From Patescibacteria group bacterium (lineage in GTDB: Bacteria > Patescibacteriota > Patescibacteriia > UBA10025 > JAHIVO01), in assembly GCA_041649335.1 (NCBI GenBank), contig JBAZNF010000002.1, positions 1-60,657 on the forward strand: 60,657 nt of DNA, read 5' to 3'. Of the stretch, positions 43,913-53,420 are shown piece by piece. Numbering within the stretch: the stretch's first letter is position 1; each line of letters starts with the position of its first letter. The position numbers were made by a program, and so were the translations under genes. Below the pieces are notes generated by a model. The model did not search any database, was not told the origin of the DNA, and saw only the letters and a program-made list of their open reading frames with translations.

Positions 43913-44386
43913 TTAATAGTATATATTTTTATGTGACACATATCTGACACTGCGTATAATGACGGCGAGCAGTAAGCCTATGCAAGCGATCGGTAGGACG
44001 GTTTTTACGACCGGGTTCAGCCAGCCCAGGCCGAAAAAACCATGAAAATCAAAAGGGAAAACATGCCATACCCGGTAGGTGACGTAGAGGCTGACCAGGT
44101 CAGACGCATTCCGGCCAATGAGGAAGAAAAGCCGCGGGTCATAAAAAAGGAAAAGCACGTTTATTGCCAGCGTCACTCCCAGCATCATATTAACTGTCGG
44201 CAGGACAGTGGCCCAATCCTGTGTAATAAGCTGAGCCCGCCAATTGAGCAGGTTATTGGCCACATAGAGCAGGATGACGTTTATGATAATGGAAATTAGG
44301 TAATCAACCCGTCGGCGAAGCGGGGATTTTGGATATTGTTTTCGTGTTTCGGGGCGTGCGGTCGCAATCGGCTCGGTATTCTTCAT
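43913..44386 (-). CDS. small polytopic membrane protein, unknown function
   Basis: 157 aa with four TM segments. Confidence 0.45.
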   Translation of the reverse strand: MKNTEPIATARPETRKQYPKSPLRRRVDYLISIIINVILLYVANNLLNWRAQLITQDWATVLPTVNMMLGVTLAINVLFLFYDPRLFFLIGRNASDLVSLYVTYRVWHVFPFDFHGFFGLGWLNPVVKTVLPIACIGLLLAVIIRSVRYVSHKNIYY

Positions 44387-44500
44387 ATTTTTTAAATAGA
44401 TAATTTACGCCTGTAGTATAACAAAAAAACACCGTTTTCGGCTATGGTTAACGCCGTTATGAACATAAGAAAAGGCAAGTTTGTAGCAACGGTATAAATA

Positions 44501-46294
44501 CTAGAAGTCGACAATTCGTACCTGCGGCCCGCCCCGGCCTCTCGGCATAGCCAATAATTCAGCGATACCGTCGCCATCCACATCGCCGCCAGCCAGCTGT
44601 AAGCCGCCCAGGAAATTAGCGGCGAAGACGTACTGTTGGGATTGCAAGCGTTCATGGATGTTGTATACCTTGACCAGCGGCGTGGCGTCATCCCCGACGC
44701 CGATTACTATTTCTTTAATTCCATCGCCATCAGTATCGAGTCCGGCCACAGAAACACCGCCACGGTAATCGGAATTAAATGCGAAGAAGCCGGGGGATAG
44801 GCGTTTAATTGATCCTTGGTGGATCTGGAAAATTTGTACGTGCGAGGCGCCGACTGTCGGTCCGGTAATAATTTCGTCCCGTCCGTCTCCGTCCGCATCG
44901 GCTGTCGCCACCTCTATGCCGCCTCGAAAACTTTTATCATAAGCCATAAAATTCGTCAGAATCGTCCCCTGGGCGTCATAGACCAGGACGTGCGGCCCGC
45001 CGCCCGGACCGGCCGCTACGACAATATCGGACACACCGTTTCCATCGATGTCACCGCAGGACAGGTTGACCCCGCCGGAAAACTTGCCGTCCAGCACGTA
45101 AAAGCCGTTAGTAATGATCGTGCCGTCACCGGAGAAAATTTTTACCAGCGGCCAGCCGCCCTTACCTTGGGCGGTGACGATTTCATCCATTCCATCCCCG
45201 TTGACGTCACAGGTAGTGAGATGCACGCCGTTGCGCAACCCAGTGTCATAGGCAAAGAATTGCGATTTGAGATTACCCTGGTTATCAAATACCCGAATTT
45301 GCGGCGCCAGTCCGCTGGCCGTACCGGTGACGATTTCGTCGCGCGTGTCGCCAGTGACGTTTCCGGAGGCGACGGTAAATCCGCCGCGGATACTGGTATC
45401 ATATGCAAAAAACGACGAGCCGGCCGCTGCCGGCGGAGGAGTATACGTCTGTCGGCTGCCCGCGTCGGCAAAAACCAGCGCATTTGGCATATCCCGTCCG
45501 GGTCCGACGCCGTACTGTCCGTTATAGTACAGTGCAGAAGATCCACCGCCGTCCAGATTAACCGCGTACTGCATGCCCATAGCTTGCATGGCGTAGCCGA
45601 GGTCCATGACCGTAGAGCTGGATGCTACCACTAAATATAACATGTTGTTTTTGATACCCAGCCCAGACCGGTTAGATTTTGTATCCCGCTGTTTTGCGTC
45701 GAGTTGGTCCGGAGAAACGGTCAATTGTCCCTCGTACATCAGGCCCGGTCCGTTGGAAATGAGGGCCTGGAGCTTGGTGTTGTTCCGTGATTCAAATGAT
45801 GTCTGGCCCGGCCAGTCCTCGGCGTTTTTGAAAAAATGCATGCGGTTTTGCGTATCGAACGCCACCACCGGTCCGGGGTTGAACTGGTTCTGATAGGGGT
45901 TGGCGTACGTCCCGGCTACCGAGTCGTACCACATCCAATGGAACGACCCCGCTTTACCCGCGCAAGCGGCGTAGTCCGACGGGCAGAAATAACTGCCGTT
46001 GATGCCGGCAAACCCGCCAACCTCGTCAACGAAAGACTTAAGCGATTTTACCGGGCCGGCCACATCCATACGTTCTCCAGAGACGTCGGTCAATGACCGT
46101 ATCTGCAGTGATGCATCACCCAAATTGATCCTGATGGCCCGGACGGAAATTACGCCGGCCTGGGTCGGCACGGTCAGGCTTTCCCAGCCGGCATCAAAAG
46201 CCCTAGCATTATGAGATGGAAGTAAAAAAAAGACAGTAAAGAGGAATAGTAAAACAGCTAATCTATATGTAAATTTGTTTGGATGATGGTGCAC
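44501..46294 (-). CDS. secreted phosphodiester glycosidase (NAGPA/DUF2233) domain fused to FG-GAP/VCBS beta-propeller repeats
   Basis: 597 aa. Signal peptide, then GINGSYF and VNLDGGGSS motifs of the NAGPA family. Then repeated FxxYD..(G/R)G..V..xDxxGDGxDEIV units (CDVNGDGMDEIV, GDIDGNGVSDIV, ADADGDGRDEII, LDTDGDGIKEIV, GDVDGDGIAELL). Confidence 0.8.
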   Translation of the reverse strand: MHHHPNKFTYRLAVLLFLFTVFFLLPSHNARAFDAGWESLTVPTQAGVISVRAIRINLGDASLQIRSLTDVSGERMDVAGPVKSLKSFVDEVGGFAGINGSYFCPSDYAACAGKAGSFHWMWYDSVAGTYANPYQNQFNPGPVVAFDTQNRMHFFKNAEDWPGQTSFESRNNTKLQALISNGPGLMYEGQLTVSPDQLDAKQRDTKSNRSGLGIKNNMLYLVVASSSTVMDLGYAMQAMGMQYAVNLDGGGSSALYYNGQYGVGPGRDMPNALVFADAGSRQTYTPPPAAAGSSFFAYDTSIRGGFTVASGNVTGDTRDEIVTGTASGLAPQIRVFDNQGNLKSQFFAYDTGLRNGVHLTTCDVNGDGMDEIVTAQGKGGWPLVKIFSGDGTIITNGFYVLDGKFSGGVNLSCGDIDGNGVSDIVVAAGPGGGPHVLVYDAQGTILTNFMAYDKSFRGGIEVATADADGDGRDEIITGPTVGASHVQIFQIHQGSIKRLSPGFFAFNSDYRGGVSVAGLDTDGDGIKEIVIGVGDDATPLVKVYNIHERLQSQQYVFAANFLGGLQLAGGDVDGDGIAELLAMPRGRGGPQVRIVDF

Positions 46295-46371
46295 AGTTAC
46301 GGATTTGATTTTAATCTTTCATATAAATTATAACACAAAACACCTCTGTTAGCTTTGGACGAAATGAGTAT

Positions 46372-46746
46372 CTATATTAGCAGCGGGCTTTTATCGAGCG
46401 CCAATTGCCATACTAATGCGAACCCTAAAATAATCGGTGGCATGACATAATCGGCGAGAAAGCGGACGCGATAACCGTTAGGCGCAAAACCGAATTTTAC
46501 TAATAGGTAGTAATAAAACGTCACACTTCGTTTTTTAGTTGAGAATTGCAGGCGAGTCATGAAGCAATCGCCCAGGATGGCGATTTGCATGAAGTAGAGG
46601 CAGATACCAGTGAGGATGAGCCACCAGCGTACTAGGAAAGGAGACGCCCATATCAATACGATCCCCGCCAGGTGCATCCAGGCAAGAGTAGTAAAAGGCC
46701 TATTTTTTACTGCTTGAGGATCAATCGGCCGCAGTTTATCAGCCAT
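46372..46746 (-). CDS. small membrane protein, unknown function
   Basis: The start at MADKLRPIDP shares one nucleotide with the msrA stop (TAATG). Three or four TM segments. Confidence 0.45.
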   Translation of the reverse strand: MADKLRPIDPQAVKNRPFTTLAWMHLAGIVLIWASPFLVRWWLILTGICLYFMQIAILGDCFMTRLQFSTKKRSVTFYYYLLVKFGFAPNGYRVRFLADYVMPPIILGFALVWQLALDKSPLLI

Positions 46747-47285
46747 TATTTTAGCAGGGAGATAAATTTTTCTTTGAGTTTTGATATTTTTGGGTTGATG
46801 GTAATTTGACAATACGGCTGATTGGGATTTTTTGTCATATAATCGCGGTGGTATTCCTCAGCCGGAAAAAACTCGTTGAACGGTTTAATTTGCGTTACGA
46901 TCGGTTGAGAAAAGGTTTTACCATCAGACAATTTTTTAATGTACGTTTCTGCCGTTAATCTCTGCGTATCGTCGTGGTAAAAAATTACCGAGCGGTATTG
47001 CGGTCCGATATCGTTGCCCTGCCGGTCGGGGGTGGTGGGGTCGTGGGTGGCAAAAAATACGTTTAACAGCGCTTCGTACGTAATGGTGGCCGGGTCGAAT
47101 ACGATTTGCACGGCCTCGGCGTGGCCGGTGGTACCGGTGCTGACCTGTTCATACGTCGGGTGCGGCATGATGCCACCGGTATAACCAGGCGTCAGCGCAA
47201 TGACACCTTTTAGGTTTTTAAAAATAGCCTCAGTACACCAGAAGCATCCCCCGGCAAAAGTAGCTAATTGGGAATTGTTAGCCAT
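46746..47285 (-). CDS. msrA: peptide-methionine (S)-S-oxide reductase
   Basis: 179 aa. ATFAGGCFWCTEAIF active-site motif. Confidence 0.92.
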   Translation of the reverse strand: MANNSQLATFAGGCFWCTEAIFKNLKGVIALTPGYTGGIMPHPTYEQVSTGTTGHAEAVQIVFDPATITYEALLNVFFATHDPTTPDRQGNDIGPQYRSVIFYHDDTQRLTAETYIKKLSDGKTFSQPIVTQIKPFNEFFPAEEYHRDYMTKNPNQPYCQITINPKISKLKEKFISLLK

Positions 47286-47296
47286 ATCAGTGTCTG

Positions 47297-47743
47297 TTAC
47301 TTATTTACAACTGTATTGTACGCCCCGACGGAGAAGATGGCAATAAAAAGACCCGCCGAAGCGAGCTTTGTCAGGGAACAAATTTTTAATGCGGCAATAC
47401 TGACCGCGACATTACCCACCGGTCCGGCGAGGACAATAGCGGCTTTTTGGTGCCACGTCAATCGTTCGTTTTTTCTTATTTGAGGTCCATGGCGAGGTAC
47501 CGCCCAGAATGAGCAGAAAAACAGGTAGGCCTTTACTCTGTAGCGCTTCATCACCACCCGATGGCAGAGTTCGTGCACGATGATGTGCGCCACGATGATC
47601 TGCGCGAATAGGATGGGGTCGATTTTGGGCAGGTAGCCCAACAGTTTCACCAGCGCCCAGTAGGCAAGCAGAGCACTGAGCATAAACACAACTAGGCCGA
47701 GCAAGCGCTTCATCCGTAACTCATTGTTTCTCAATTTATACAT
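47297..47743 (-). CDS. small membrane protein with intramembrane HExxH motif (M50/site-2-protease-like?)
   Basis: 148 aa. IIVAHIIVHELCHRVVMKRY lies inside a hydrophobic segment. Confidence 0.4.
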   Translation of the reverse strand: MYKLRNNELRMKRLLGLVVFMLSALLAYWALVKLLGYLPKIDPILFAQIIVAHIIVHELCHRVVMKRYRVKAYLFFCSFWAVPRHGPQIRKNERLTWHQKAAIVLAGPVGNVAVSIAALKICSLTKLASAGLFIAIFSVGAYNTVVNK

Positions 47744-47834
47744 TCATTACTTCTTAAAGGATAGATAATGTTGAAAATAATCAAACAGTGTAGCATATTT
47801 ATATAATATTATGTTAAGGGGTAAATTCAGGAAA

Positions 47835-47867
47835 GAAAAAACGCCCCAGGGGGAGGGGCGTTTTTTT
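47835..47867. terminator. bidirectional intrinsic terminator
   Basis: AAAAAA-cgcccc-aggggga-ggggcg-TTTTTTT, directly downstream of the minus-strand gene ending at 47889. Confidence 0.75.
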
Positions 47868-47888
47868 GGGGGTGGAGCGCTGGATCTA

Positions 47889-48377
47889 TTATTTCATCCA
47901 GTGCATGCCGTGGCCGAAACCCAGTCCCATCATGGGCTGGCTCTGGGCCTGCTGGTAGATTTGGTCCGCTTCCGGCTGGGTCATATAGCCGACCTTGACC
48001 ATGTCATCCAGCTTGGTCTTGAGTTGGGCGAGCTTGTCAGTCTTCATCGTGTCGTACGTGACGCCATGTTCGGCGGCAATCTGGTATAGCGGTTTTCCGC
48101 TGCTCATTTCCGTTTGTAGATCAGTGCTCGACAAGTTGAAGAGCGTGGCCAAATCGTCCAGTCTGGCCTGGTGTCTTTCCGTCCTTGCCAGAGGCGCCGT
48201 AGTAGACGGCAGATCAGTGCTGGTGGTATCGGTAACAGTCGGGGCCGCTACCTGCGTATCCGCAAGTACGGTTGAAGTACTTGAGGTTTGGGCGTGGACT
48301 ATCCCGATCGCCGCCAAAGCCAGGGAACCGGCCAGAACGACAGCTAAAAGGAGCTTGGAAATATTGGGCATAGGCAA
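47889..48377 (-). CDS. secreted protein, unknown function
   Basis: 162 aa. Signal peptide, a Thr/Ser-rich linker, a helical domain, and a C-terminal GLGFGHGMHWMK. Confidence 0.45.
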   Translation of the reverse strand: MPMPNISKLLLAVVLAGSLALAAIGIVHAQTSSTSTVLADTQVAAPTVTDTTSTDLPSTTAPLARTERHQARLDDLATLFNLSSTDLQTEMSSGKPLYQIAAEHGVTYDTMKTDKLAQLKTKLDDMVKVGYMTQPEADQIYQQAQSQPMMGLGFGHGMHWMK

Positions 48378-48571
48378 TGTGGTTACTTATTAGATGCGCG
48401 CTACCATACTATAGCAGGCGTGTGTGAATTGGCAGTGAAAGGATCCAAGCGTAATCGGAAATTTTTCATATTTACTGTAAGATTAGTGAAAATTAAATAT
48501 TTTAATTAATGCTAAACATGCCCTCGGGAATGAGGACCGCATGCAGCCCGGGGGATTCCATTAGTCAACTG

Positions 48572-48859
48572 TCAACTGACGACATAGATATACTGCAAAG
48601 CATTTTTTCCGCAATTCGTAACGTTGTGTACCGTATGCGGGGGGTTGTAGGCAACGCTAGTGGCCTTGATTTTTTTATTTTTCCTGTTGGCCAGGAGTCT
48701 GGCCGTGCCTTTCAGGACAATAATAATTTCTTCCCGTTTGCCCGTGGTGTGTTCGCCGACCGATTGGCCCGGTTTCAGGACGACGAAGCCTGACCGTAAC
48801 CGTTTGGTCTGGGGGGGTGAAAGTAGTCGTCCGGATTTTCGTAACGTGAGAGGTTTCAT
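48572..48859 (-). CDS. cupin domain protein
   Basis: Start at the internal Met (MKPLTLRKSG), which avoids overlap with the nitroreductase gene. GQSVGEHTTGKREEIIIVLKGTA and PHTVHNV cupin motifs. Confidence 0.7.
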   Translation of the reverse strand: MKPLTLRKSGRLLSPPQTKRLRSGFVVLKPGQSVGEHTTGKREEIIIVLKGTARLLANRKNKKIKATSVAYNPPHTVHNVTNCGKNALQYIYVVS

Positions 48860-48866
48860 GGGGTTG

Positions 48867-49367
48867 TTACCACCGTTCTTTATGGATACGCGACCGGTCA
48901 TAATCCTGGTCTGCGTGGGGTTCGGCAGATTCCGCCGGAAACCCGATGGCTATGGCGTTGATAATCATGAATGTATGCGGAATGCCGGTGATTCTTTTTA
49001 CTTCCTCCGCTACCGGTGGTTTGAAATTTTTCCAGACGGATCCCAACCCGAGTTCCGTGGCCTGTAAAAAGATATTTTCGGATGCCAAAGACAGGTCCTG
49101 CACGGGTTGGCCGGTTTTTTCCGGGTCAGTCGACGGAATGATCAGCAGGGGCGCATCACGGACAAAATCCTGCTCCGGCGCGGCGATGGCGTATATGGCA
49201 TCTTTCGTGGCCTGTTCGGAAATTACCAGATAGTGCATTGCCTTGTTTCCCCGGGAAGTGGGGGCGTATTGGGCGGCCCGTAGTATTTCCTGAATCATGT
49301 CATGGGGAGGGAAGTTGGGCTTGAACCGGCGGATACTGCGGCGATTCTTGATGGCTGGGATAAGCAT
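48867..49367 (-). CDS. nitroreductase family protein
   Basis: 166 aa. IKNRRSIRRFK N-terminus and SVWKNF.. C-terminal half. Confidence 0.8.
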   Translation of the reverse strand: MLIPAIKNRRSIRRFKPNFPPHDMIQEILRAAQYAPTSRGNKAMHYLVISEQATKDAIYAIAAPEQDFVRDAPLLIIPSTDPEKTGQPVQDLSLASENIFLQATELGLGSVWKNFKPPVAEEVKRITGIPHTFMIINAIAIGFPAESAEPHADQDYDRSRIHKERW

Positions 49368-49371
49368 GTGA

Positions 49372-50223
49372 TTATTGTATCACGGATTTAATGATATTAT
49401 TGATCGCGTCCATCGGCCCGTCATTCAGGATTACTACGTCATAGCATTTTTTATATTCCGGCAGGAGCCGGTCAGTATCTTCATTAAGGAAGCCGATACT
49501 GATCAGATTAGTGTAATCGAAGCCAGTAACCATTTCTACATCATCAGTGAAATCCCCGAGCAGGATGACGTTTTTTCTGTCCCGTACATCAGCATACGCC
49601 GGGAATTGTTGTATAACGGTTTCATCTTTGTTGAGCGAATGGATAATCGGCTTTTTAACACCCGTTGCCCTGCCGGATTTGTCCCAGATGATGGTGTTGC
49701 CGATGACATGCGTATTGGGCGATAGCAGGCCCTGTTTTTTTAGATACATGGCGATGGCATCCCCGCCGATCCCGCTGGCTGACATGATCACGAGCGGGAT
49801 ATGGTAACCGTTGAGGAGGGAAAACATCGTGTCAGTCCCGGGGCGCAGTTCGATCTGGCCGATTGAAAGGGCGCGGACTATATCGGACTTTGTCAGGCCG
49901 CATGCCACGAGTAGTGTGAAATGCTTGGTCCACCATTCGTTCATCAGCTTCTTTTTTTCCTGCCGAGAAATTCTTGGGTCGCGTTCGAGGGACAAGTATG
50001 TATCCGCCAGCGCCTGAGCCTTGGCCGGATAGTCGGGGGTCAGCATGAAATGGTCCCGCAGGATGGCCAGCAGTGACCAGATTTTTTTCCCGTTAACGTA
50101 CGCTTTGGTGAGTGTCCGGTCGAAATCAGACAGCACGTGCAGGCCACCGGGGCCGTCCCTGCGCATGTCTTTGATTTTATTGTCCAGTGACGTTTGGTCT
50201 GATATGATGATATTTTTTCCCAT
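49372..50223 (-). CDS. eukaryote-type pyrimidine 5'-nucleotidase (UMPH-1 / NT5C3-like HAD)
   Basis: 283 aa. Colinear by eye with human NT5C3 along the full length: VLSDFDRTLT (DFDxT), EKKKLMNEWWTKH, IPLVIMSASGIG, NVILLGDFTDDVEM, IGFLNEDTDRLLPEYKKCYDVVIL. Confidence 0.8.
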   Translation of the reverse strand: MGKNIIISDQTSLDNKIKDMRRDGPGGLHVLSDFDRTLTKAYVNGKKIWSLLAILRDHFMLTPDYPAKAQALADTYLSLERDPRISRQEKKKLMNEWWTKHFTLLVACGLTKSDIVRALSIGQIELRPGTDTMFSLLNGYHIPLVIMSASGIGGDAIAMYLKKQGLLSPNTHVIGNTIIWDKSGRATGVKKPIIHSLNKDETVIQQFPAYADVRDRKNVILLGDFTDDVEMVTGFDYTNLISIGFLNEDTDRLLPEYKKCYDVVILNDGPMDAINNIIKSVIQ

Positions 50224-50288
50224 GCCTACAGTATATCAAAATAGTGGAGTCTTGGCTCCACCATTTTGATAATTGCCGGATTGTTTGG

Positions 50289-50846
50289 CTACCGCACCAC
50301 GCCCAAGCCCCGGTACCAGCCCTGGGGTTTTTTGCAGAGCGGGCATTTGCCGGGCGCGAATTTCCCCTTATGGACATAGCCGCAATTTTCGCATTTCCAT
50401 TCGATTTCCTCATCGTTTTTGTACAGGGTGTCTTTTTCAAGTTTGTCCGCCAGGATGCGGTAACGTTCGGCATGTTTCGTTTCCACCATGGCAATGCGTT
50501 TGAACAGCTCAGCAATATCCTTTTCGCCCTCGTCTTCCGCTACTTTCTGGAAGTCGGGGTACATGGTGCCGAATTCGTATTCCTCGCCCTCGGCCGCGTG
50601 CCTTAGGTTCGTCAGCGTGTCAGCCACCGGGTGGATGTCGTACGTGTTGGTCATGGCCGTTTTTTCCGGAATGTATTCCAGTTCTTCTTCGGCGTGGGCC
50701 CGCTCGTTGTCGGCCGTTTCTTCAAACACGCGGGCGATCCACTCGTACCCGTCTTTCCGGGCCTGTTTCGCGTAAAAGGTGTATTTGTTCCTGGCCATTG
50801 ATTCGCCGGCAATGGCTTTCAGGAGGTTGGCGTACGTTTGTTTCAT
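50289..50846 (-). CDS. rbr: rubrerythrin
   Basis: 185 aa. Ferritin-like diiron domain (AGESMARNKYTFYA.., ERAHAEEE) plus a C-terminal rubredoxin-like CENCGY..CPLC. Confidence 0.9.
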   Translation of the reverse strand: MKQTYANLLKAIAGESMARNKYTFYAKQARKDGYEWIARVFEETADNERAHAEEELEYIPEKTAMTNTYDIHPVADTLTNLRHAAEGEEYEFGTMYPDFQKVAEDEGEKDIAELFKRIAMVETKHAERYRILADKLEKDTLYKNDEEIEWKCENCGYVHKGKFAPGKCPLCKKPQGWYRGLGVVR

Positions 50847-50857
50847 AATAATTTTAG

Positions 50858-51910
50858 TTATGTATTAGGTCGTTCTTGAAGTAGTTTTTTAATGGTGCTT
50901 ATCTGCCTGCTGAAACCAGCTTTCCCGAGGCCGGGGAGGCCGTTGGTACGGAGTGCCAGCAGAAATGCATCTTTTTGATCTTCCTGTAATCCAAAAACCG
51001 GAAATTGTTGTTCGATATAGATTACGCTTTGTTCGTCGATCGCAGAAGGAGTTTCTGTTTTTTGGGACTCACCGTAATCATGATACCGATAGACCCCATC
51101 TTTAAAAACGATGCCTGCCTGTTGTTTTCCCGATCGGCGGGCCATAATCGCTTCAACCAGTGCCGGGACCGCTTTCCCCATCTCGCCTAAAGTCTCTGTG
51201 TCTTTAGCTACCCGATTGATTAGTCGTTTTACTTTTTCTGAATTGGGGTCGCTGTTTTCATTGTAGGTGGCTAGTATATCTGCCCGGTTAAACGCAATGA
51301 CGACTCTCAGCTTATCTTCGATAGAAAGAGGGCTAGGAATTTCCTCAACCCGTTTCATGAAATCATCGTATGCACCGAGCTCTTTGCCTTTGGGCTGGTT
51401 GGTGGTATCGAAGTTTTTAATCAGGTTAAGTGCTGAGGCGTGCAGTCCGTCAAGTTTCGCAACAAATTCGATGTCCTCTGGTTTTAGGTTGAATTCCGGC
51501 CGGGACATTATATCGCGAGCCATTTTTTCACTGACCTTTTCATGGCCGATGTATTGGCGTTTTGTTTCATCTTTGGGGTTTACTTGTGTCCCTTCAGGAG
51601 AAGTCTTACCGAGGTCATGGAGGTATCCTGCCAGCGCGATGGCTTCCTTTTGTGGCAATGTGGCGACAAACTGGTCCTCCTGCAAATGTTTTACAACTTC
51701 CCGTGTGTGGACGTCGAGCGGTAGGTCATGGTAGTCGGTCCGTTGGTCAACGCCGCGCATGTTTTCCAGTTCGGGGATGGCCTCCGCCATCTTGTCGAAT
51801 GAAGATAGGTCGAATCGTTCCCCAATGTCTACGGTTGGCTGAGGTGTCGTTTCTTTGGCGTTGCCGGTCATGGGATTGAGTCCGTCGAGTTTGTCATTAT
51901 TATATTCCAT
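50858..51910 (-). CDS. HD-domain phosphohydrolase family protein
   Basis: 350 aa. H..LPLDVHTREVVKHL and AGYLHDLGK (HD motif). Confidence 0.65.
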   Translation of the reverse strand: MEYNNDKLDGLNPMTGNAKETTPQPTVDIGERFDLSSFDKMAEAIPELENMRGVDQRTDYHDLPLDVHTREVVKHLQEDQFVATLPQKEAIALAGYLHDLGKTSPEGTQVNPKDETKRQYIGHEKVSEKMARDIMSRPEFNLKPEDIEFVAKLDGLHASALNLIKNFDTTNQPKGKELGAYDDFMKRVEEIPSPLSIEDKLRVVIAFNRADILATYNENSDPNSEKVKRLINRVAKDTETLGEMGKAVPALVEAIMARRSGKQQAGIVFKDGVYRYHDYGESQKTETPSAIDEQSVIYIEQQFPVFGLQEDQKDAFLLALRTNGLPGLGKAGFSRQISTIKKLLQERPNT

Positions 51911-51923
51911 AAAAATGTTGCCT

Positions 51924-52562
51924 TTATTTTTTATAGATGATGTATGTATTCAAATCATGAAAACGGTTTGCCGCCGAATAGCCCTGGGTAGCGTCATACC
52001 CTGCCGGATACGGCGATTGGAACCCGTGGCCGAATTCCAGTGTATCACCGGATATCAGGTAGATGTCGTATATTGTTGATCCCGTATCTTGGTCAGTCAG
52101 GTTAATCTGGCCGGTCCCCGGTATAACATAGGAGTAGGTATTGACCAGCGTGTCTACGACAGTGCAGTTGTGGTCGCTGCCTGACCAGCGGGTGTGCACG
52201 GCGGAACCGTCGGATAAAAAAACAAATTTGTGTTGTTCCGACCAGGGACTGTTAGCGTCAGGGACCAGGCAGTCGGACGTCCAGGTACCGACCAGGGATC
52301 CCGTGGTGGCCGTCGAATCAGTATTCTGCTGGCCGTTGGACGTGACGCTGGTATTAGTGCCTGTAGAGTTAGCGTTGTTGGTAAATCGTTCTTCGGCCTG
52401 CGTCATGGCGTTTTCGAGGTACGGGTTGTCCGTATCTTCAGTCTCCGGCTGAAAACTGCGCCAGTAGAAAAATCCGCCGGCCAGGCACAACACTAGAATT
52501 ATTATCACAACAGCCCAGCCCGAGTGTCTTGATTTTGTTGGTTGTGGGGTTTGTTGGTCCAT
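51924..52562 (-). CDS. membrane-anchored extracytoplasmic protein, unknown function
   Basis: 212 aa. N-terminal TM, an Asn/Thr-rich linker, and a beta-rich C-terminal domain. Confidence 0.45.
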   Translation of the reverse strand: MDQQTPQPTKSRHSGWAVVIIILVLCLAGGFFYWRSFQPETEDTDNPYLENAMTQAEERFTNNANSTGTNTSVTSNGQQNTDSTATTGSLVGTWTSDCLVPDANSPWSEQHKFVFLSDGSAVHTRWSGSDHNCTVVDTLVNTYSYVIPGTGQINLTDQDTGSTIYDIYLISGDTLEFGHGFQSPYPAGYDATQGYSAANRFHDLNTYIIYKK

Positions 52563-52571
52563 AGTGTTTAA

Positions 52572-52985
52572 TTATTTTTTTAGTATATATTTTTTCATCG
52601 GTTCCCAGTAGAAATCCTTCCAGCCCTGGGCGACTGATTTGGCCAATGACAGGGGGACGCCTGTTTGCGTAAAAAGGATTTTTGTTCCGCCTGGCGCTGG
52701 TAGGAGATGTACCGTCAGGGTAGAGAAGTGACCGGCCGGCCAGTCGTCTGCGCGCCAGGTCTGGATGATTTTTTTATCCGGGATCAGCTCGATGTTCTTG
52801 CCGGTCGCCCAGCCGCCGAACGTGGTGAATTCCCCGCCGACAACACGGCTGATCGTAGCTTCACTGCCGGTCAGTTGGGAATGTTTATCACTGTCCATCC
52901 AAACCTCATACACCTGGTGCGGCGTACCCGGGACCAGGCCGCCCTGCTTGACGGAAGTGGTGGTAGATTTTTTTTCGGGGTTCAT
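52572..52985 (-). CDS. SRPBCC (AHSA1/START-like) domain protein
   Basis: 137 aa. The pattern and size fit Aha1-like SRPBCC proteins. Confidence 0.55.
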   Translation of the reverse strand: MNPEKKSTTTSVKQGGLVPGTPHQVYEVWMDSDKHSQLTGSEATISRVVGGEFTTFGGWATGKNIELIPDKKIIQTWRADDWPAGHFSTLTVHLLPAPGGTKILFTQTGVPLSLAKSVAQGWKDFYWEPMKKYILKK

Positions 52986-53002
52986 GTGGATAGGATAATG
53001 AA

Positions 53003-53395
53003 TTATTTTTTCAGCAAATCGCGAATTTCCGTCAGTAATTTTTCCTGGACAGGCGGTTCAGGCGCCTTTGCCGCCTCGTCATGTTTCTTCAGTGAACTGA
53101 TCAATTTTACCATCATAAATATCACGCCCGCAATGAGCAGGAAATCAATGACGGCCTGGATAAAGGCGCCGTAATTAAGCGTGGCAGTGGCCGTGCCGTC
53201 AGCCGCCTTCTTGAGGACGATTTTTAGGTTAGTGAAATTAACACCGCCGAGCAGCATGCCGATGAATGGCATAAGAACATCATTGACGAAAGAAGTGATG
53301 ATTTTACCGAAAGCGCCGCCGATAATGACCGCGACGGCCAAATCCATGACGTTGCCCTTGATGGCGAATTCCCTGAATTCTTTGATGATTTTCAT
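53003..53395 (-). CDS. mscL: large-conductance mechanosensitive channel
   Basis: 130 aa. KEFREFAIKGNVMDLAVAVIIGGAFGKIITSFVNDVLMP signature. Confidence 0.92.
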   Translation of the reverse strand: MKIIKEFREFAIKGNVMDLAVAVIIGGAFGKIITSFVNDVLMPFIGMLLGGVNFTNLKIVLKKAADGTATATLNYGAFIQAVIDFLLIAGVIFMMVKLISSLKKHDEAAKAPEPPVQEKLLTEIRDLLKK

Positions 53396-53420
53396 AGTAT
53401 TATTTTCTAAAAATAGTTTT

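Noticed and set aside
44392-44691. 99-aa minus-strand ORF between the FG-GAP gene and the next membrane protein
   Set aside because: Two thirds of it overlap the well-supported FG-GAP coding frame. The remaining 114-bp gap looks like a weak terminator plus a TATACT -10 element.
48491-48507. Palindrome AATTAAA-TAT-TTTAATT upstream of the cupin gene as a possible operator
   Set aside because: It is an AT-only low-complexity palindrome in an AT-rich spacer. It cannot be distinguished from chance without comparative data.
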